Shown: one piece after another, positions 9,949-22,607 of the stretch | Layout: each line of letters opens with the position of its first letter | How positions within the stretch are numbered: position 1 is the stretch's first letter | NCBI GenBank assembly: GCA_002269645.1 | Contig: NIVC01005191.1 | Coordinates: 1-22,607 of the forward strand | Origin: Macrostomum lignano | Taxonomy: Eukaryota | Length of the DNA stretch: 22,607 nt | Reading direction: 5' to 3' | Made by a program: the position numbers and the translations under genes | Notes under the pieces: generated by a model | The model's database searches: none | What the model was told of the DNA's origin: nothing | The model's input: the letters and a program-made list of their open reading frames with translations, nothing else

Positions 9949-10560
9949 CTGGGGGAATTGGCGCAGTTGGGTTGCTTAGTGAAATCTCCTCTGCTAATTG
10001 TGTCAGTGCACTTTGGCTTGGGTCTCTGCTGAGGGTTCTGCGGATCACGTGTACTTCAATTCTGGAACAGATCAACAGACTTATCTAGAGTTGTACCCGC
10101 TGTACACAGCACAGAACCGTAAATTTTGTTTGCGAGGTTATTTAATTAGCAGGTGCGCAGCCCACGCCATCGGATTAAGGCTAATCCAAGGCTGAGTCCG
10201 AATGCTGATTGAAACACAATCTGGTACTGAGGGACGGGGCTCGGCAATTCATCTCTTAACCATCCCACTCATTAGCATCCTAGCTGGAGCATAAGCGGAC
10301 AAGCAGGGCTTCTTAAACCCAGCTCAAGCCTGTTCGCTACAAAAAAGGCAATCTGGATTTCAATGGGTTTGCCAGCCTGCGCTCTCGTGAGCACAGATCC
10401 CCCTTGGTGGGGGGATTTTCAAGCGGGGGAATTGATCCTAGTGATGACCTGCCACCCTCCTTGTTCTTCCCGTTCCGCTCCGCATAGATACTATTGAATT
10501 GGCTGCATTAGGCTTGCGCAGCCATGCTGTGTATGGTTCCACCTCCTCAAAAGTTTTTTA

Positions 10561-11810
10561 GTGAGGCTCTGTGGGTGTCAGTGAGGCTCTGTGGGTGTCA
10601 GTCAGGCTCTGTGGGTGTCAGTGAGGCTCTGTGGGTGTCAGTGAGGCTCTGTGGGTGTCAGTCAGGCTCTGTGGGTGTCAGTGAGGCTCTGTGGGTGTCA
10701 GTGAGGCTCTGTGGGTGTCAGTGAGGCTCTGTGGGTGCCAGTGAGGCTCTGTGGGTGCCAGTGAGGCTCTATGGGTGTCAGTGAGGCTCTGTGGGTGCCA
10801 GTGAGGCTCTGTGGGTGTCAGTGAGGCTCTGTGGGTGCCAGTGAGGCTCTGTGGTTGTCAGTGAGGCTCTGTGGGTGTCAGTGAGGCTCTGTGGGTGTCA
10901 GTGAGGCTCTGTGGGTGTCAGTGAGGCTCTGTGGGTGTCAGTGAGGCTCTGTGGGTGCCAGTGAGGCTCTGTGGGTGTCAGTGAGGCTCTGTGGGTGTCA
11001 GTGAGGCTCTGTGGGTGTCAGTGAGGCTCTGTGGGTGTCAGTGAGGCTCTGTGGGTGTCAGTGAGGCTCTGTGGGTGCCAGTGAGGCTCTGTGGGTGCCA
11101 GTGAGGCTCTGTGGTTGTCAGTGAGGCTCTGTGGGTGTCAGTGAGGCTCTGTGGGTGTCAGTGAGGCTCTGTGGGTGCCAGTGAAGCTCTGTGGGTGCCA
11201 GTGAGGCTCTGTGGGTGTCAGTGAGGCTCTGTGGGTGCCAGTGAAGCTCTGTGGGTGCCAGTGAGGCTCTGTGGGTGTCAGTGAGGCTCTGTGGGTGTCA
11301 GTGAGGCTCTGTGGGTGCCAGTGAAGCTCTGTGGGTGTCAGTGAGGCTCTGTGGGTGTCAGTGAGGCATTGTGGGTGCCAGTGAGGCTCTGTGGGTGTCA
11401 GTGAGGCATTGTGGGTGCCAGTGAGGCTCTGTGGGTGCCAGTGAGGCTCTGTGGGTGTCAGTGAGGCTCTGTGGGTGTCAGTGAGGCTCTATGGGTGTCA
11501 GTGAGGCTCTGTGGGTGTCAGTGAGGCTCTGTGGGTGTCAGTGAGACTCTGTGGGTGTCAGTGAGGCTCTGTTGATGTCAGTGAGGCTCTGTGGGTGTCA
11601 GTGAGGCTCTGTGGGTGTCAGTGAGGCTCTGTGGGTGCCAGTGAAGCTCTGTGGGTGCCAGTGAGGCTCTGTGGGTGTCAGTGAGGCTCTGTGGGTGTCA
11701 GTGAGGCTCTGTGGGTGTCAGTGAGGCTCTGTGGGTGCCAGTGAGGCTCTGTGGGTGTCAGTGAGGCTCTGTGGGTGCCAGTGAGGCTCTGTGGGTGTCA
11801 GTGAGGCTCT
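10561..11810. repeat. 20-bp minisatellite (GTGAGGCTCTGTGGGTGTCA), about 62 copies, in globin intron 9949-12488
   Basis: Highly homogeneous 20-bp tandem array seen directly. Confidence 0.98.
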
Positions 11811-12231
11811 ACATTTCGTGTTCAGCCCGTCAGAATTGCTTCTGCCTGTTCCGTTTTTAAGCCTCAGAAAAAAACAAATTCTCTGAAACGATCGAAAAAG
11901 CTCGCTTTTTAAAATCAAGCCTCACATTTTGATGAAGCATTCTACGGTAAAGTACAAACCGATTGAGGCTGCTCTGCATCACTCAGACTCAGACTACGTT
12001 CAAAAAAATCTAAAAAATTCAAAATGTCGACCAGTTTGGAGGGTCGGTGCAGCATCCATCATCTACCAATGGTTTCGAAAACTCTTGGAAGTTTTTAGCC
12101 AGAATTGCCTGGGAAGGTTAGCGAATTCACTCAGCTACAATCTGAAGTGTTCTGTGAGCCTTTTTTGAAAGCTTCACGGTGGATGCGTTGGAGCCCTTCA
12201 GGGCAGGCATTCTTTTTACCTTTCCAGCGTT

Positions 12232-12481
12232 CTGAGCAGTGGTCTCCAATCCCTATTCAGTCTGAGCAGTGGTCTCCGATCCCTATTCAGTCTGAGCAGT
12301 GGTCTCCGATCCCCACACACCCTGAGCAGTGGTCTCCGATCCCCATTCAGTCTGAGCAGTGGTCTCCGATCCCCACACACCCTGAGCAGTGGTCTCCGAT
12401 CCCCATTCAGTCTGAGCAGTGGTCTCCGATCCCCATTCAGTCTGAGCAGTGGTCTCTGATCCCCATTCACCCTGAGCAGTG
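12232..12481. repeat. 30-bp minisatellite (CTGAGCAGTGGTCTCCGATCCCCATTCAGT), about 8 copies, abutting the globin donor site
   Basis: Tandem 30-bp units in two variants, ending about 7 nt from the exon boundary at 12489. Confidence 0.96.
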
Positions 12482-12488
12482 ATCTCAC

Positions 12489-12720
12489 CCAGAAGAGTTT
12501 TCCGTAGAAGCCGGTGAATCTCCGGTGGGTCGCCGCGGCGCCGCCCAGCCTCTGTCGGATGAAGTCAGGGTTGTCGATGTTCACGATGGCCTCGTCCAAG
12601 ATGCCCATTACGATCTGGCCGTGCAGCGCCAGGTCGCCGTTGTCCCGGATATTGTCCGACAGCTCCAGCTTGCTGAACTTCAGGAACATCGCCTGCAGGT
12701 CTTGGTTGCTCTTGAATAGA
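12489..12720 (-). CDS. Globin middle exon (B12 to G6)
   Basis: Acceptor CCCATCCCCAG (AG at 12722-12721) in phase 2 and donor TGG|GTGAGA in phase 0. It encodes LFKSNQDLQAMFLKF...LALHGQIVMGILDEAIVNIDNPDFIRQRLGGAAATHRRFTGFYGKLFW, with CD1 Phe, distal E7 His and proximal F8 His. The intron positions equal the conserved globin B12.2 and G7.0 sites. Confidence 0.9.
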
Positions 12721-12756
12721 CTGGGGATGGGGGAGGTAAGAAGTTGGGTGGGTGCC

Positions 12757-13113
12757 AAACACCCATCTCGCTCCACCAACACCCATCTCACTCCACAAAC
12801 ACCCATCTCACTCCAAAAACACCCATCTCACTCCAAAAACACCCATCTCACTCCACAAACACCCGCCTCACTCCACAAAAACCCGCCTCACTCCACATAC
12901 ACCCATCTCACTCCACAAACACCCATCTCACTCCACAAACACCCATCTCACTCCACAAACACCCATCTCACTCCACAAACACCCATCTCACTCCAAAAAC
13001 ACCCATCTCACTCCACAAACACCCATCTCACTCCACAAACACCCATCTCACTCCAAAAACACCCATCTCACTCCAAAAGCACCCATCTCACTCCACAAAC
13101 ACCCATCTCACTC
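12757..13113. repeat. 20-bp minisatellite (ACACCCATCTCACTCCACAA), about 18 copies, next to the globin acceptor
   Basis: Direct tandem periodicity beginning about 35 nt from the acceptor AG. Confidence 0.96.
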
Positions 13114-13146
13114 ACTAAGATGCTAAGATACTAAGAAAGAAAGACA

Positions 13147-13175
13147 TACAGACAGACAGACAGACAGACAGACAC
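13147..13175. repeat. (AGAC)n microsatellite
   Basis: CAGACAGACAGACAGACAGACAGAC seen directly. Confidence 0.88.
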
Positions 13176-13269
13176 AAAGAAGTTATGAAATTTAAAGTAC
13201 TTTGTGTGCTAATATGAATTCAATCTTTCTGTTTCGTTGATCACAATACTCTGAACTTTGGCAGATATG

Positions 13270-13330
13270 ACAGTGTCTGTAATCTGGGATGCAACAGTGT
13301 CTGTAATCTGGGATGCAACAGTGTCTGTAA
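13270..13330. repeat. 24-bp tandem repeat (ACAGTGTCTGTAATCTGGGATGCA), 2.5 copies
   Basis: Direct inspection. Confidence 0.88.
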
Positions 13331-14097
13331 CCGAAAGTTGTAACACTGAATGATTTTTGACAAAGTTCACAGCCAATCACTGCTCTGTTTGCAGGTTCTT
13401 CCAAGGTGAATTTTGTTTTTCAACTGAAGATTTCGAACTGTCCAGTACAATCGTAGGCGGTTTTGAACGATATTTTGTTTTTAATTAGGCTGTCTCAGGA
13501 TTCAGGTTCTTCCGCAGGAGGAGGATTAGCTGACAAGCTATCAAAGCAGACAGGTAACATTCAGACAGAACCCGATGCTGCACAGAGTTTCAAAGGCCAT
13601 AATGCCCAGTAACTACGCGAGTGCCTGACTTGAGTTGGCGCTCTCTTCTCTCGCATCGCTGAGCTCGGTAAAACCGTGAAATGGCTGGCCAGCTGCGCTG
13701 TGCCCCGGAGTCTCCATTAGAGATCTGTTCAATTCATTATCGACTTCTTTTTTCTACCCTGGTATTGCTATGGCAACAACATGTCGATGCCGACTGACAC
13801 CTCCGCTGCTCTGTGCCTCTTCCCTTAATCCCCCCCCAGTTCCCCCCGTGCCAATAATGTCCCCACGGTTTTGCGGTAATGAGACACGAAGCAGTTGGCT
13901 GGGCTGGAGTTAATTGAGCTTGCTGCATTTTCAAAGAGCAGAGCAGACTCACTTGCCAGCAGATAGAAGAGCAGAGAAGAGACGAGCCCTGTGCACTTTT
14001 TAGAAAAATAATTGATGGTTCTGAAGTTTACCGACTTGGGGATTTCAGGACTGTTTTTGTCTTCTTTTTTCTGTTATCTGTTTTCTGACTTTTTCAG

Positions 14098-14270
14098 GCC
14101 CGGGGATCTCTGCCAGCTCGCCTCCTACCTAAGGGCTACCGGCGAGCGGCGATCATCCACCTCCTGGACTCTCCGGAGGGGACCGCGCTGCGGACACCGG
14201 CAACACCACCAGATCTCCCTGCGCGGCATCGCGCATGTCCGGAGACCCCTGCAGCCGAGTCAAGTCAAGT
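14098..14270 (+). mobile_element. Probable short 3' fragment of a second non-LTR retrotransposon family
   Basis: A GC-rich island in AT-rich DNA. It translates as PGDLCQLASYLRATG, resembling the LxxFLxxTG C-terminus of I/LOA/Jockey-type ORF2. Nested stems follow (AGGGG/CCCCT, CGGACA/TGTCCG, TGCGCG/CGCGCA), and it ends in a short GAGTCAAGTCAAGT tail. Confidence 0.4.
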
Positions 14271-15310
14271 GTAAAAAATGTAAAAAGCTTAGCTGTATAA
14301 TTCTCCTTGTAAATCGGTAGCATAAGATTTTCATTGATCGAATGAACATCCTAATGAGACGATTGAAACGCCTTGAATTGTCATTGATTTGGCCTCGATG
14401 GAAGAAAGACTTAACGCTACCCGAGGGATGACGTGGCTGGACATTGAGTGCAAATGTGACATCGGAGAATGATGCTGCTAAATGTAAAATTCAGTTACTT
14501 TGTCAGCGGTAAAAACATTTGACACCTTTTGAGATTAATTTGAGATGGTCAAATATTAAAATGAACTTTCTCTTAATGGCAAACGCATCGCTCAATCGCT
14601 TTTAACGAAACTTACAATATCCAACAGTCAGTTTAAGCAAATTCAACTGCATGTTAAACCAAGCCAAGTTCAAGCAGCACCGAAAGACTCGAGCAGAAAC
14701 TTTTGCGAGAGCGCACTCGAAGTTCAAGTACTCTGCCACGTGATCAGGCCTTTTATTGAAAGGATCAGATGGGGTAAGACACTCACGAAAGACCTGATGT
14801 GGCAGGCCCTCTCTGCATCAGACACTCGCCACCACCGCCATCCACTAGGGCTCGGCAAAGTCGAGATAGTGGGATCTACGAGTAATCCTGCCCAACCCCC
14901 CGAGAAGAGCAGCTGTGGGAGCGGATTCCGCTGCACTTAGAGAAATCCTCCGTCTGCTTTTGGGAACTTCCTCGAGAAAAGAAATTCGAGATGTTCAGTT
15001 TGATCCCGTGAATTTCGTTTCTGGGGCTTAACTGCTTGGGACTTCTCTGTGTGACTTTCTGTCCATCCATGTACGACCAGATCTTCGAGAATCTACGAGC
15101 GTAGTATTAGTTTCAGGTGCCCAAATGTACTTAGTGGGGTATTGATTAGCGCGTTGTTCAGCCCTTTGAGAGTGTAATTTAGATAAGAATTTATCACTCC
15201 CACACTCGAGTATCTCATGCTCAACTTCCCTAATCCTCGACATAGCCAACTATATTTTCCATTCGCTCCTCCTTGACTTTTTTCCCGTAACTTGACCCCT
15301 TGAGTCCTTT

Positions 15311-20267
<4,957 letters not shown>

Positions 20268-22607
20268 TGTGTCTCAGTCCATTGTGTCTCAGTCCATTGT
20301 GTCTCAGTCCATTGTGTCTCAGTACTTTGTGTCTCAGTCCATTGTGTCTCAGTACTTTGTGTCTCAGTCCCTTGCTGTCTCAGTACTTTTGTGTCTCAGT
20401 CCCTTGTGTCTCAGTACTTTGTGTCTCAGTCCATTGTGTCTCAGCCTTGTGTCTCAGTCCATTGTGTCTCAGTACTTTGTGTCTCAGTCCATTGTGTCTC
20501 AGTACTTTGTGTCTCAGTCCCTTGTGTCTCAGTACTTTGTGTCTCAGTCCCTTGTGTCTCAGTACTTTGTGTCTCAGTCCCTTGTATCTCAGTACTTTGT
20601 GTCTCAGTCTCTTGTGTCTCAGTCCATTGTGTCTCAGTCTCTTGTGTCTCAGTTCATTGTGTCTCAGTCTTCTTGTGTCTCAGTCCATTGTGTCTCAGTC
20701 CATTGTGTCTCAGTCTCTTGTGTCTCAGTCCATTGTGTCTCAGTTCATTGTGTCTCAGTCTCTTGTGTCTCAGTCCATTGTGTCTCAGTCCATTGTGTCT
20801 CAGTCTCTTGTGTCTCAGTCCATTGTGTCTCAGTCTCTTGTGTCTCAGTCTCTTGTGTCTCAGTCTCTTTGTGTCTCAGTCCATTGTGTCTCAGTCTCTT
20901 GTGTCTCAGTTCATTGTGTCTCAGTCTCTTGTGTCTCAGTCCATTGTGTCTCAGTCTCTTGTGTCTCAGTCCATTGTGTCTCAGTCCATTGTGTCTGAGT
21001 CCATTGTGTCTGAGTCCATTGTGTCTCAGTCTCTTGTGTCTCAGTCTCTTGTGTCTCAGTCTCTTGTGTCTCAGTCCATTGTGTCTCAGTCTCTTGTGTC
21101 TCAGTTCATTGTGTCTCAGTCCATTGTGTCTCAGTCCATTGTGTCTCAGTCCATTGTGTCTCAGTCCCTTGTGTCTCAGTCCATTGTGTCTCAGTCCATT
21201 GTGTCTCAGTCCCTTGTGTCTCAGTCCATTGTGTCTCAGTACTTTGTGTCTCAGTTCATTGTGTCTCAGTCCATTGTGTCTCAGTCCATTGTGTCTCAGT
21301 ACTTTGTGTCTCAGTCCATTGTGTCTCAGTACTTTGTGTCTCAGTCCCTTGTGTCTCAGTACTTTGTGTCTCAGTCCATTGTGTCTCAGTCCATTGTGTC
21401 TCAGTCCATTGTGTCTCAGTACTTTGTGTCTCAGTCCATTGTGTCTCAGTACTTTGTGTCTCAGTCCCTTGTGTCTCAGTACTTTGTGTCTCAGTCCCTT
21501 GTGTCTCAGTACTTTGTGTCTCAGTCCCTTGTATCTCAGTACTTGTGTCTCAGTACTTTGTGTCTCACTCCCTTGTGTCTCAGTTCATTGTGTCTCAGTC
21601 CATTGTGTCTCAGTACTTTGTGTCTCACTCCCTTGTGTCTCAGTACTTTGTGTCTCACTCCCTTGTGTCTCAGTACTTTGTGTCTCAGTCCATTGTGTCT
21701 CAGTACTTTGTGTCTCAGTCTCTTGTGTCTCAGTTCATTTTGTCTCAGTCTCTTGTGTCTCAGTCCATTGTGTCTCAGTCTCTTGTGTCTCAGTTCATTG
21801 TGTCTCAGTCTCTTGTGTCTCAGTCCATTGTGTCTCAGTCCATTGTGTCTCAGTCTCTTGTGTCTCAGTCCATTGTGTCTCAGTTCATTGTGTCTCAGTC
21901 TCTTTGTGTCTCAGTCCATTGTGTCTCAGTCATTGTGTTCAGTCTTTGTGTCTCAGTCCATTGTGTCTCAGTCTCTTGTGTCTCAGTCTCTTGTGTCTCA
22001 GTCTCTTGTGTCTCAGTCCATTGTGTCTCAGTCTCTTGTGTCTCAGTCATTGTGTCTCAGTCTCTTGTGTCTCAGTCCATTGTGTCTCAGTCTCTTGTGT
22101 CTCAGTCCATTGTGTCTCAGTACTTTGTGTCTCACTCCATTGTGTCTCAGTACTTTGTGTCTCACTCCCTTGTGTCTCAGTACTTTGTGTCTCAGTACTT
22201 TGTGTCTCAGTACTTTGTGTCTCACTCCCTTGTGTCTCAGTTCATTGTGTCTCAGTCTCTTGTGTCTCAGTCCATTGTGTCTCAGTCCATTGTGTCTGAG
22301 TCCATTGTGTCTGAGTCCATTGTGTCTCAGTCTCTTGTGTTCAGTCTCTTGTGTCTCAGTCTCTTTGTGTCTCAGTCCATTGTGTCTCAGTCTCTTGTGT
22401 CTCAGTCATTGTGTCTCAGTCCATTGTGTCTCAGTCATTGTGTCTCAGTCCATTGTGTCTCAGTCCTGTGTCTCAGTCATTGTGTCTCAGTCCATTGTGT
22501 CTCAGTCCTTGTGTCTCAGTCCATTGTGTCTCAGTACTTTGTGTCTCCATTGCTGTCTCAGTCCATTGTGTCTCAGTCCATTGTGTCTCAGTACTTTGTG
22601 TCTCAGT
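20268..22607. repeat. 15-bp satellite, right arm (runs off the window edge)
   Basis: Same unit and variant set as 15311-16514, with more small indels toward the end. Confidence 0.98.

Noticed and set aside
10561-13113. The two 20-bp arrays as an inverted pair around the globin exon
   Set aside because: They share only GTGAG and TGGGTGT in different spacing, which is too little for common origin or pairing.
14700-15300. Short ORFs possibly from a decayed transposon
   Set aside because: No recognisable domain motif was found, so no call can be supported.
13330-15310. Candidate globin exon 1 (e.g. WKNLQ near 13400, MFIR near 14340, GTGAGT donors near 13950 and 14785)
   Set aside because: None combines an open A/B-helix-like frame with a phase-2 donor.

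Overview
Eukaryotic (animal) genomic DNA. GC-rich, Gln/Pro/His-rich exons sit among AT-rich introns filled with minisatellites, a style that suggests the flatworm Macrostomum (inference, not verifiable here). Two convergent spliced genes are partly present. (1) On the + strand are the last four coding exons of a Mediator subunit 1 (MED1)-like gene: 2600-2768, 2850-2951, 3935-6936 and about 7754-8371. The first three join in frame through GT-AG introns; the exact acceptor of the last exon is uncertain. They encode the end of the conserved Med1 domain, an NPVLISLL (LxxLL) box and a very long Q/H/P-rich disordered tail. (2) On the - strand are exons 2 and 3 of a globin (12720-12489, 9948-9811) resembling globin X-like proteins, with introns at the classical B12.2 and G7.0 positions; exon 1 was not found in the window. 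The right third is a 15-bp satellite with higher-order structure. It is interrupted by a 3.75-kb 5'-truncated LOA-like non-LTR retrotransposon (APE, RT, RNase H, CCHC) whose six frameshifts mostly look like homopolymer errors. About ten other tandem arrays, a tRNA-derived SINE-like head and a probable second LINE 3' end are also present. Most long ORFs in the supplied track are repeat or antisense artefacts. I see no convincing wholly new system. The most interesting signals are the LINE-in-satellite junction with unbroken higher-order register, the structured and translated LINE 3' end, and minisatellites abutting splice signals.
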